Virus record (IMG/VR): IMGVR_UViG_3300036833_000068
Coordinates: 1-32,153 of that record
Source of the DNA: a virus
Taxonomy: Duplodnaviria; Caudoviricetes
Reading direction: 5' to 3' (one strand)
Length of the DNA: 32,153 nucleotides
Shown: piece by piece, positions 7,248 through 14,503 of the stretch
How the letters are laid out: each line of letters begins with the position of its first letter
Position numbering within the stretch: the first letter of the stretch is position 1
Made by a program: the position numbers and the translations under genes
The notes under the pieces: model-generated
The model's input: only the letters and a program-made list of their open reading frames with translations
Told to the model about the DNA's origin: nothing
Database searches by the model: none

Positions 7248-8417
7248 TTATACCTTTCTACACGCCATCTCTACGGCTGCTTGTATGTCGGTTATAGATG
7301 CTAAGGGGCTATGTAAACGTCTAATTGCTGGCGTGTTTGGACTAAGATAGAGCATATCCCCCTGAGACAATAATTGTTCTGCCCCTCCAGTTCCAAGTAT
7401 CGTCCTTGAATCGGCTTCAGAAGGCAGTCTAAAGCTAACTCTCGCCGGAAAGTTAGCCTTGATATTTCCTTCGACAACTCTAACCGAAGGTCTTTGAGTA
7501 GCTGCAATGATATGGATTCCTGTCGCACGAGCTTTTTGAGCTATGAGTCCAAGCTGATACTCGGCTCGTTTACCGCGCTTTCTATATTTGATTTTTCCAT
7601 CGGCATCCGTGTACTCCTCCTTAGTTTGATCCTGTAATATCTCTGCGAGTTCGTCTATGACGAATACGACGTACGGCATTGGTGTGCGAGCCACCTGGTT
7701 ATATTGGAGGATGTTTTGCGCCGTGCTGCGGGCCATTAGTGATAACCTGCGATTAACTTCGTCGATGAGCCACTCCATTTGTTCCATTGTATCTGCGATA
7801 CTTGTGGAGACAGGGTACATCAAATGGGGGGTGCCGACGAAGTTGGTGAACTCGACCTGCTTTACGTCGCTTAGAACTAGCTTAACTCTGGTTGGTGGTA
7901 CGGTGTAAATAAGTGACGCGAGAATAGAATTAAGGAGCGTAGACTTACCCGAACCCGTGGCTCCAGCAATAAGGAGATGCGGCAATAGAGGTAAGTCCTC
8001 GATGACGAACTCACCCATATGATCAATCCCAAACATGACGGGGATCCTGTGGTGTTGTTTCTCAAAAGCATTCCACACATGCCCGACCGAGTCGCGGAAT
8101 AAAACTGGCTTTTTGTCTTTATTGGGTACATAAATACCTACCGCGCTTTCTCCAGGTAACCTCTTGACCTGGACTGCTTCGACGCCGAGGGCGATTGCCA
8201 TGTCGTCTGCTAGGCGCTCGACTAATTGAACGCGTGTTGCGTTTTGAGGTACAAAGCGATAAAGGGTAACTACTGGCCCTTCCGAGACCTGTTGTGTGAA
8301 GTGACCGTCTATGCCAAGAGCCGATAATTTCACCTGAAGGGTTGCCAGGACCTTCAGGTGTTTGTCGTCAAGTTTCGCTGGAGTCGGAGATGGATTTAGC
8401 GTTGACATGGGCAACAC
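7248..8417 (-). CDS. FtsK/SpoIIIE-family DNA translocase motor (alpha+beta domains only)
   Basis: GPVVTLY alpha-domain motif, PHLLIAGATGSGKS, VFVIDELAE, AQKARATGIHIIAATQRPS, GAEQLLSQGDMLY; no transmembrane or gamma domain visible. Confidence 0.92.
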   Translation of the reverse strand: MLPMSTLNPSPTPAKLDDKHLKVLATLQVKLSALGIDGHFTQQVSEGPVVTLYRFVPQNATRVQLVERLADDMAIALGVEAVQVKRLPGESAVGIYVPNKDKKPVLFRDSVGHVWNAFEKQHHRIPVMFGIDHMGEFVIEDLPLLPHLLIAGATGSGKSTLLNSILASLIYTVPPTRVKLVLSDVKQVEFTNFVGTPHLMYPVSTSIADTMEQMEWLIDEVNRRLSLMARSTAQNILQYNQVARTPMPYVVFVIDELAEILQDQTKEEYTDADGKIKYRKRGKRAEYQLGLIAQKARATGIHIIAATQRPSVRVVEGNIKANFPARVSFRLPSEADSRTILGTGGAEQLLSQGDMLYLSPNTPAIRRLHSPLASITDIQAAVEMACRKV

Positions 8418-9133
8418 TAACGTACCTCATCCGCTCCCATAAGGGAGCCCCTTGTAGTTTCCGGCAACTGCGCGAATTCTTCCCTTTGTCCTGGTAAGAG
8501 GTAATGCAAGGATTGGCTAAAAGCCAATACGTCCTTGAACTTGAAGAACATCCCTCCGGTTATCTCCGCTATCTTCTTCAAGGTTTCTTCACCGCGACTG
8601 GAGTCACCGATATGAAAACAGTCACAAACGATTTCACGGTTACGATACAACCTTGCGGCATCGTAACATTTGTCACCGTCGGTTTGCTCTCCATCTGATA
8701 TAAGCATCGCTCTGGTAGGTGAATGAGATTCGAGCGCATTGAGTAGCCCTTGCCCCATCGGCGTATCTCCGATTGATTTAACTTGGAGCATACGCATCCA
8801 GACTTCCTGAGAGTCATTTGTTAGCTCGATTCTGAACCCATAGGGGAAGGATTCTACGGCGATAGCCGTGCTAGAGGTGTCGGACTTTAAGGCGAAGTCT
8901 TGTACGCCTTCGGCCAGGAGACTGAGTTTTGACTTAGAGGAATCGCTTTTATAACTCGCTGGTGAGTCCATCGAGCCGCTGAAGTCACAGATAATCGCCA
9001 AGCGATTTGGAAACATCTTTGGATCAACCTGCGGTGCAATCTCCTTCATTAGCTCGGCGCTTTTAATGCGCGAATGAAGACCACCACCGACACTTATTTT
9101 ATTACGTGTTACGATTTTATTATTATCAGTCAC
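8417..9133 (-). CDS. von Willebrand factor A (vWA) domain protein
   Basis: MIDAS DFSGS, GDTPMG, LISDGE, LKKIAEITGG; start reassigned to GTG 9133 (GTGA overlap). Confidence 0.9.
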   Translation of the reverse strand: MTDNNKIVTRNKISVGGGLHSRIKSAELMKEIAPQVDPKMFPNRLAIICDFSGSMDSPASYKSDSSKSKLSLLAEGVQDFALKSDTSSTAIAVESFPYGFRIELTNDSQEVWMRMLQVKSIGDTPMGQGLLNALESHSPTRAMLISDGEQTDGDKCYDAARLYRNREIVCDCFHIGDSSRGEETLKKIAEITGGMFFKFKDVLAFSQSLHYLLPGQREEFAQLPETTRGSLMGADEVR

Positions 9134-9339
9134 GTTGTTTTCCCTTTCCCCTTCTCCTCTACCCAATAGGACATACGAAGGATAGCAATCCTATCTCCTT
9201 CTCGAAATTGCCAGTAGACCGATAGTTTAGAAGGTGTCATGCTATACCCTTCGGGTATAGTGGAACCTTCGCTACGAGTCTTGAATGGAACGGATTTATC
9301 AAAGAACGCCTTCAACATTTCGGTGTCAGTTGGAAGCAT
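9130..9339 (-). CDS. hypothetical protein (69 aa)
   Basis: overlaps both neighbours; GGGGAG before ATG. Confidence 0.65.
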   Translation of the reverse strand: MLPTDTEMLKAFFDKSVPFKTRSEGSTIPEGYSMTPSKLSVYWQFREGDRIAILRMSYWVEEKGKGKTT

Positions 9340-9661
9340 CTTCTCCCCCTGACGGCGAGCCGTTTGGCCCTTGTCCGTCCTCGATACACCCGAAGGACTC
9401 TTCCATTGATTTCTTGATGGCGTATTTATAACCGATGGTTACGCCGAGTTTGAATAGCTGATTGACTATCTCAATCGCCGCTTCTGGTATCGCGATACTG
9501 GTAGCCTTCGCCGCTGTTATAACAGCGTCCGACATGACCACCGGCTCAATACCAAGCCCCTTTAGAAACGCACCAAGAGGTGGTCGGTCATCACCGAGCG
9601 TATCGAGATAATCGTGAAGGTCGAGGACCGCTTTTATGCGGTTCGTATGCTCACTGCCCAT
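9326..9661 (-). CDS. hypothetical protein
   Basis: start reassigned to ATG 9661 after AGGAGG; overlaps the J-domain gene stop. Confidence 0.7.
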   Translation of the reverse strand: MGSEHTNRIKAVLDLHDYLDTLGDDRPPLGAFLKGLGIEPVVMSDAVITAAKATSIAIPEAAIEIVNQLFKLGVTIGYKYAIKKSMEESFGCIEDGQGPNGSPSGGEDASN

Positions 9662-10136
9662 AAACCTCCTTTTCGATCTTCGTCCAGAGGGCGTTAACCT
9701 TGGACATATCACCGAGGTCACCTTCGCGGTTAATGTCGGGGTGCATTAGTTGGGCTGCGCGACGATATGCCTGACGTGCCGCTTCGTATGGGATGGACTT
9801 CATGAATTGGTAACAGGTGTCCCCGAGTGGAGAATTAGCTGCCAACACGCCAGTGTTTGAACGTGGCGGTTGTTGTGCAGCCTCTACCTGCGCTTTGGTG
9901 ACGGTGGCAACCTCTTGATTACCGAAGATGAGTTGAAGTAGTTTTACTGTGCCATCCAGATAGGACTCAGTAAAGGTCCATATGTGCGTTGAAGGGTCGT
10001 AGGTTCGTTCGGAGTGTGGAACGTTCTTCTTAAGGAACTCAACAACCTTCTCGGAACGCGTTTTATCCCATTGCATCTTAAGCCGATAGGCTTGGATGCC
10101 TTTGTCCCAAAAGATTTGCGCTTTAGCCATAAGCAC
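9651..10136 (-). CDS. J-domain (DnaJ-like) protein with an N-terminal HARP-like alpha/beta domain
   Basis: ARQAYRRAAQLMHPD...MSKVNALW J-domain with HPD; N-terminal RTYDPSTHIWTF motif; start GTG 10136 or ATG 10130. Confidence 0.82.
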   Translation of the reverse strand: MLMAKAQIFWDKGIQAYRLKMQWDKTRSEKVVEFLKKNVPHSERTYDPSTHIWTFTESYLDGTVKLLQLIFGNQEVATVTKAQVEAAQQPPRSNTGVLAANSPLGDTCYQFMKSIPYEAARQAYRRAAQLMHPDINREGDLGDMSKVNALWTKIEKEVYGQ

Positions 10137-10179
10137 TAATTCCTTTCTACCTAATCTAACTGCACTTACAACACGAATA

Positions 10180-10203
10180 GGGAGAGGTTTTTAGGCCTCT
10201 CCC
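10180..10203 (-). promoter_or_regulatory. 8-bp stem-loop GGGAGAGG-CCTAAAAA-CCTCTCCC
   Basis: perfect inverted repeat similar to the 2583-2606 hairpin; possibly a weak terminator or processing site. Confidence 0.5.
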
Positions 10204-10335
10204 AATCGAGAACGGTTTAGCGTTCTGGTTTCATAAAGCACCTCACGTGAAGCGTTCTATGTTTCTACCTTCAATTTATTTTACAGTATCATTTATTATA
10301 GGTTTATCTATGTGAAATAGATAGCAACGATTCAA

Positions 10336-10446
10336 CTTAGCGTGCGTAGCTATTTCGCCGAGTAGACTGTGGGATGGAATTGAACCATCTTCCGGTATCT
10401 CTCCGGTTCTCCCGCGTCTATCAATCTACTCGACGCTATGGCTAAG
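10336..10446 (-). ncRNA. candidate tRNA-like structured RNA
   Basis: T-arm GATGG-TTCAATT-CCATC (10373-10389), adjacent CCGG-N7-CCGG hairpin, enclosed by GTCGAGTAGA/TCTACTCGGC and CTTAGC/GCTAAG stems; intergenic. Confidence 0.5.
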
Positions 10447-10495
10447 CGCCCTTTAGGGTTAAGACATACGATTCTGCTCTAAAGGGATTCCTTTA

Positions 10496-10984
10496 TTACG
10501 CCGCCTGTGCTCCCAGCGACGCAATGATGTTGGTGAGTTCGTCCAACGAGATTTGCCGACCCAACATCTTCGACAAGGCGTTGGCCGCCTTCTGTTCGGG
10601 CGAAGCCGTCTGACGCTCCGAGACTGCGCCGATCACTGGTGACAGGTCGTATGCGCCTTCGACAGGCGTAAAGTCCTTCGCCATCAGGAGACGCCGTACG
10701 TATTGCTGTTGTTTGAGGATGATTGCGCGATTGATAAGGTTCGCCTGTTCGTCCACCGTAGGTACGAACATCACGAAGTCGGTTAGAGGATCGGTTTCGG
10801 AGACGGAGTGAAAAGTGAAGGTTTGGGCTGCGGTAATTTCTACGGTAGTGCCGTCCGCCTTCTCCTTCGCTTCATCAATTAGTTCTTGCGCCTTTTCCTC
10901 CTTTACGGAAATTTCTTCGTCAACCTTGCCACCGGGGTTGGTGACCTTGAGGTTAACGCGTGTTTCATCATACGTAGTTGCCAT
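10496..10984 (-). CDS. hypothetical protein, probably highly expressed
   Basis: 162 codons, AAGGAG RBS, near-consensus promoter upstream. Confidence 0.85.
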   Translation of the reverse strand: MATTYDETRVNLKVTNPGGKVDEEISVKEEKAQELIDEAKEKADGTTVEITAAQTFTFHSVSETDPLTDFVMFVPTVDEQANLINRAIILKQQQYVRRLLMAKDFTPVEGAYDLSPVIGAVSERQTASPEQKAANALSKMLGRQISLDELTNIIASLGAQAA

Positions 10985-11113
10985 TTAATTCTCCTTTAGC
11001 CGTAAGGCTATTTGTTTTTTACTTGTCCTTGGGTACTTCTGGTCTCATCCTTTAAGCCTTACGGCCTATTGGATGAATGTCGTTTGGCACTTGTGGGTGC
11101 CGCTTCTAAATTC

Positions 11114-11142
11114 AGTCTAGCGAATCGCGCTCGCGCTGTCAA
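11114..11142 (-). promoter_or_regulatory. sigma70-type promoter TTGACA-17-TAGACT
   Basis: -35 at 11142-11137, -10 at 11119-11114, 17-nt spacer. Confidence 0.85.
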
Positions 11143-11147
11143 GTTTT

Positions 11148-11168
11148 AGCGTTTAGAATCGCAACGCT
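11148..11168. promoter_or_regulatory. degenerate operator-like copy AGCGTTTAG-AAT-CGCAACGCT
   Basis: 5 nt upstream of the -35 box; symmetric substitutions relative to the consensus. Confidence 0.45.
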
Positions 11169-11258
11169 AAGTCCTTTTGTTTGTTGGTTTTAGCGACGTT
11201 TCTCACAGTGTCCCTCTTGACACATAAATCTTTTTAGCTGTGCAAAACCTGTGCAAAA

Positions 11259-11396
11259 CTATAAGGCAAAGGTAAACGTCAATAAAACAATGAGAACAAC
11301 AAAGATTGTAAAGATAATGGCTATTTGCTTGAATAGCCAATACCGGAAGGGGTACTTGGCACGGTAATCATGTAGTTTGAGGAGTAGCCAGCTCAT
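11259..11396 (-). CDS. small membrane protein (45 aa), absent from the ORF track
   Basis: MSWLLLKLHDYRAKYPFRYWLFKQIAIIFTIFVVLIVLLTFTFAL; AGGAG RBS; starts 5 nt after the upstream stop. Confidence 0.7.
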   Translation of the reverse strand: MSWLLLKLHDYRAKYPFRYWLFKQIAIIFTIFVVLIVLLTFTFAL

Positions 11397-11401
11397 TTGT
11401 T

Positions 11402-11653
11402 TTATTCTCCTGGTCTTAAATCTACCGAATATTTCTCTTCACAATCTGGGCACACAAAATCTCTATCAATGGATTCATTTGTTTGAATCTTGAATTCACC
11501 ATAATTCTGACACGATAGTGTCTGGCAGAGAATTAAGGAACACGATTTGTTTTCACCGTTAAGGTACTCATTTACGGTGCGTACAATAACCGGACCTTCG
11601 CACCGCGGACAGAGGTGTTTTTGGAAAAGGCAGTACTTACAGGAGAGAATCAT
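11402..11653 (-). CDS. multi-Cys zinc-finger protein
   Basis: CKYC, CPRC, CQTLSC, CPDC; ATGA overlap. Confidence 0.7.
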   Translation of the reverse strand: MILSCKYCLFQKHLCPRCEGPVIVRTVNEYLNGENKSCSLILCQTLSCQNYGEFKIQTNESIDRDFVCPDCEEKYSVDLRPGE

Positions 11654-11865
11654 TGATTTACATACACATCTTTCCTTGTGCCCTTTGCCGCGTGGACACG
11701 AAGTATAGTCTTGGCAAAGAACGCCAGTTCACGTAGATTGTCTCGGTCTATTGGTGGGAGTACTAATCCACCTTTGTACTTACCATCACGTTCAAGCATC
11801 ATATCGCATGTAAAAATAACATGCTCCAAATGAGACTTGACGTTTAGCATTTTACGCTTAGCCAT
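11650..11865 (-). CDS. hypothetical basic protein (71 aa)
   Basis: TAATG overlap, AAGGAG RBS. Confidence 0.7.
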   Translation of the reverse strand: MAKRKMLNVKSHLEHVIFTCDMMLERDGKYKGGLVLPPIDRDNLRELAFFAKTILRVHAAKGTRKDVYVNQ

Positions 11866-12335
11866 TAGGACTGCTCCTTTTTCATCTTCTCCAATACATC
11901 GTCGAGACTAATCTCCTGTACCTCCGGTTCGATTGGAGGTGGTTGCGGTATGATAGGCTGAGGTGTATCACTATCAGTTGTAAACACCCAACCTTCTTTA
12001 CGCATTTGAGTGTATATCTCATCCGGGCCTTTGTACTTCTTGGTTTGACAGGCCAATTCATTGTATCTAACTGCAAAGGCATCAAAGTATTCTTTAGGTG
12101 ACAGTGTGCCCATTTTCTTCTCTTCCTTTACTACCACGTCGGACTTCTTTATAACCTTTGGAGGTTCGATATTCTTTGGTGCAATGCATTCCTGCCCACC
12201 TTCAAACTCCGCTCCGCACTTACAGGACCACCATTGTTTACCTGAATGCCTAGAACGAATCTTTAGAAAGTAAGGATTAGCCTTACCACACACTACGCAA
12301 TGTGACCATTCCCTTCCACATATACAAGCGGTCAC
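11865..12335 (-). CDS. zinc-ribbon protein, paralog of 12332-12655
   Basis: CICGR..HCVVCG.N.Y.LK..S...CKCG.EF....C.AP; GTGA overlap. Confidence 0.75.
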   Translation of the reverse strand: MTACICGREWSHCVVCGKANPYFLKIRSRHSGKQWWSCKCGAEFEGGQECIAPKNIEPPKVIKKSDVVVKEEKKMGTLSPKEYFDAFAVRYNELACQTKKYKGPDEIYTQMRKEGWVFTTDSDTPQPIIPQPPPIEPEVQEISLDDVLEKMKKEQS

Positions 12336-12655
12336 TTTTTGGCCAGCCTTTCACCAATTCTTTTTAGTTTCTCTTCTCTTGAAAGGCCTTCTAATTCCTT
12401 TGCAAACTCAGAGCCTTGGCGAGAGTTATTAGGATCCTCATTTCTAAAAGGTGCCTCACACTTCGTGGCATCCGTAAACTCGGTATCACAGGAGCGACAA
12501 TAAAAGGTGCGAATCTTCACACCTTGGTACTCCACACTCTTCCGCTTTAACGCATAACAATTCCGCGCACCACATGAAGGGCAATGCTTTTGCAAGGCGT
12601 TTTCCCTACCGCAGGTACAATACTTATCTTGTGCCAAAGGCATGTTGGTTGACAT
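12332..12655 (-). CDS. zinc-ribbon protein, probably translated from a leaderless mRNA
   Basis: CTCGR..HCPSCG.N.Y.LK..S...CRSC.EF....C.AP; ATG lies 6 nt after the -10 box. Confidence 0.8.
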   Translation of the reverse strand: MSTNMPLAQDKYCTCGRENALQKHCPSCGARNCYALKRKSVEYQGVKIRTFYCRSCDTEFTDATKCEAPFRNEDPNNSRQGSEFAKELEGLSREEKLKRIGERLAKK

Positions 12656-12661
12656 AAGCTG

Positions 12662-12690
12662 AGTCTATCAGAACGCGAGAGAGTTGTCAA
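12662..12690 (-). promoter_or_regulatory. sigma70-type promoter TTGACA-17-TAGACT
   Basis: -35 at 12690-12685, -10 at 12667-12662 with extended TG. Confidence 0.85.
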
Positions 12691-12708
12691 GCACTATAAA
12701 TGCTTTAG

Positions 12709-12721
12709 AATCAATAGCTTA
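12709..12721 (+). promoter_or_regulatory. IHF-consensus site AATCAATAGCTTA
   Basis: exact match to WATCAANNNNTTR, 18 nt upstream of the -35 box. Confidence 0.45.
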
Positions 12722-12782
12722 CGTGCGAAGCGCGTGAGAGTGAGAGAGATGTACTTGGGAGTAGACGAGCGCGAAGCGAAGC

Positions 12783-12817
12783 GAAAAAAGGGAGAAAGAT
12801 TATCTCTTTCTTTTTTC
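12783..12817 (-). terminator. possible intrinsic terminator
   Basis: imperfect A/G-rich versus T/C-rich inverted repeat with T-runs, downstream of the 12880-13143 gene. Confidence 0.4.
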
Positions 12818-12879
12818 TCTCATATGATATATATTTTTATAACTACTATAAGATACAATCTCTCTCAAATCGGCATACC

Positions 12880-13143
12880 TTAGACAGGTATGTTATTATC
12901 GGCGCAAAACTTATTGAATCGGCCTTTCGCCTCTTTAGAATCACGCCTGCAAGGCGTGCAAGGTCCGAAATAGGACTTCTTGTGAATACAAAATAAACAG
13001 GACTTAGTAAGGTAGGGTGGAACCCATTCCCTTTCGGCCTCACCTTTGGAAGGTTCGCGACGGAATGAAACGGAGTTGTTATCACAATAGGCGGAGTTCT
13101 TCTGCGCAAGTTTGCGCCGAATTTCCGCTACTAGTTTGTCCAT
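12880..13143 (-). CDS. small Cys-containing hypothetical protein
   Basis: CLFC...PCTPC motif; overlaps the upstream stop. Confidence 0.6.
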   Translation of the reverse strand: MDKLVAEIRRKLAQKNSAYCDNNSVSFRREPSKGEAEREWVPPYLTKSCLFCIHKKSYFGPCTPCRRDSKEAKGRFNKFCADNNIPV

Positions 13144-13340
13144 GCTAGGCTACCGTCCGCTGGTATTCCAAGGTCCATAGGAGCTTGGTCAATTCCCTGA
13201 AACGCGCATCCAGATACTAACTCGGACTCGGATGCTAGTTCACGTTCTATCGCCTCCGCCATTATAGCGGCGTAGTAGCGAATAACGTTTGGAGATGGAA
13301 CATCTAATTCGTGATGAATGTTAATCATCCATCGATTCAT
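13131..13340 (-). CDS. hypothetical protein (69 aa)
   Basis: start reassigned to ATG 13340 after AAAGGAG. Confidence 0.7.
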   Translation of the reverse strand: MNRWMINIHHELDVPSPNVIRYYAAIMAEAIERELASESELVSGCAFQGIDQAPMDLGIPADGSLAWTN

Positions 13341-13412
13341 GGTTTCTCCTTTTCTAACCCACCCACCTAGCGAGGTACTTAAACCTCGCATCCCTTCGGG
13401 ATGTCGAAGGGA

Positions 13413-13751
13413 TTATACTTCACGCGGGGTTCCTTTAACGAGACCTTTCTCTAAAGCAAGTCTCGCCAAACCCTCCGCATCACGGATGGAGCCATCGGCG
13501 TTGAAGCAACGGGCTGCCGACTTCGCGAACTCCCGTCGGTTCTTGTTCTGATCCATAGCGGACCAGTAGTGCCGCGTGGAGGTTATACCCTTATCCAGGA
13601 TGTGTAACATAACACCCTTGATTGAGAGATATTCTCCCCGTTGCTCGAAGTCTTCCTTTAAGCGTAGTACGCTGGTCATTTGAGCAGCGTCAACGGTGAA
13701 GTCTTCGACTTCGATAACGGACCCATCACGTTTGGTGAATTCATTAGCCAT
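13413..13751 (-). CDS. hypothetical early protein, possibly a ribbon-helix-helix DNA-binding protein
   Basis: 112 codons; strand-helix-helix pattern DFTVD/AAQMTSVLRLKE/SIKGVMLHILDKGI; the fold call is weak. Confidence 0.7.
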   Translation of the reverse strand: MANEFTKRDGSVIEVEDFTVDAAQMTSVLRLKEDFEQRGEYLSIKGVMLHILDKGITSTRHYWSAMDQNKNRREFAKSAARCFNADGSIRDAEGLARLALEKGLVKGTPREV

Positions 13752-13813
13752 AGCGGTTTCTCTTTTCTAAGTTACTAATTAGAATTAAGTAACTCGCTAG
13801 ATGGATGGTATTA

Positions 13814-14080
13814 ACTTGTGTACTTTGCGAGAGTGTTAATTCTCGCCAAAGCGCCCAAACTTATGCTTTCTTTGCAGACGTATAATCTCTACGTTTACGC
13901 GGCCGATGAGATGAATTAGCCGCTTTAGTTCGGGCGAATTGCTCCGACCAATTGGTTCTGATTTACTAATTAGATTGCGTCGAAACAACTCTACTTTGTT
14001 TTGTATATGCTTTGTCATGTTATATCTCACTTGTTAGATTTAACTAACAGAGTAGTAACACTCTGACAAAGTACACAAGT
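13814..14080. repeat. 25-bp inverted repeat pair (13814-13838 and 14056-14080, 23/25 identical)
   Basis: ACTTGTGTACTTTGCGAGAGTGTTA versus TAACACTCTGACAAAGTACACAAGT. Confidence 0.85.
13836..14030 (-). CDS. small basic protein enclosed by the inverted repeats
   Basis: 64 codons from GTG (or ATG 14018); the stop codon lies inside the left repeat. Confidence 0.5.
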   Translation of the reverse strand: MRYNMTKHIQNKVELFRRNLISKSEPIGRSNSPELKRLIHLIGRVNVEIIRLQRKHKFGRFGEN

Positions 14081-14097
14081 CATAAGTCTTATGACTT
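14077..14097. repeat. perfect palindrome AAGTCATAAG-T-CTTATGACTT
   Basis: 10-bp arms, 1-nt centre. Confidence 0.85.
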
Positions 14098-14382
14098 ATT
14101 GTCACATGATACAACGTACTGAGATTGTAACATTCTATCTCATTACAATATTGGATGTAGCTTGTAACACACACATCACGACATTGTATCATGTAAGAGT
14201 GAAAGTCTTTGTTTATTCAATCACTCTCATATATAGTGTCCGAGCACCCGTACGGCATAAAAACGCACTTTTTCGCGGGAGGATTGGAAGAATCACAAAT
14301 AATTTTTTTCAAAATCCTATAACTCGAAAAATTTTATTTTGGTACCAGGATGTGTATTGGTAAAGGAGGTGTTAATTCCTTT

Positions 14383-14403
14383 AGTGTTTTGCTTCTGAAC
14401 ACT
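14383..14403. promoter_or_regulatory. operator-like copy AGTGTTTTG-CTT-CTGAACACT
   Basis: 36 nt upstream of the rightward -35 box. Confidence 0.6.
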
Positions 14404-14439
14404 TAAACTAAGTCCTAGTAAACAAAGTAGATAAAAGAC

Positions 14440-14468
14440 TTGACAAGGGCTTCGCCCTATGATACACT
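14440..14468 (+). promoter_or_regulatory. rightward sigma70-type promoter TTGACA-17-TACACT for the structural arm
   Basis: -35 14440-14445, extended -10 TGaTACACT ending at 14468. Confidence 0.85.
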
Positions 14469-14493
14469 GTCTTAGTCATGAGGGCTTCGCCCT
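14446..14493. repeat. two identical 13-bp palindromes AGGGCTTCGCCCT (14446-14458, 14481-14493)
   Basis: one fills the promoter spacer, the other lies just downstream of the predicted +1. Confidence 0.85.
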
Positions 14494-14503
14494 GAGGGGT
14501 GTT

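Noticed and set aside
10336-10446. Canonical tRNA gene
   Set aside because: Lacks separate D and anticodon arms and a 7-bp acceptor stem with CCA; kept only as a tRNA-like candidate
12846-13109. Alternative-frame 87-aa ORF overlapping 12880-13143
   Set aside because: TTG start without RBS; the other frame is coupled to the upstream gene and has a Cys motif
14091-14363. 90-aa plus-strand ORF
   Set aside because: No RBS, lies in the palindrome-rich control region upstream of the rightward promoter
14459-14503. Track start for the Ig-like gene
   Set aside because: The ATG lies inside the promoter, upstream of the predicted transcription start
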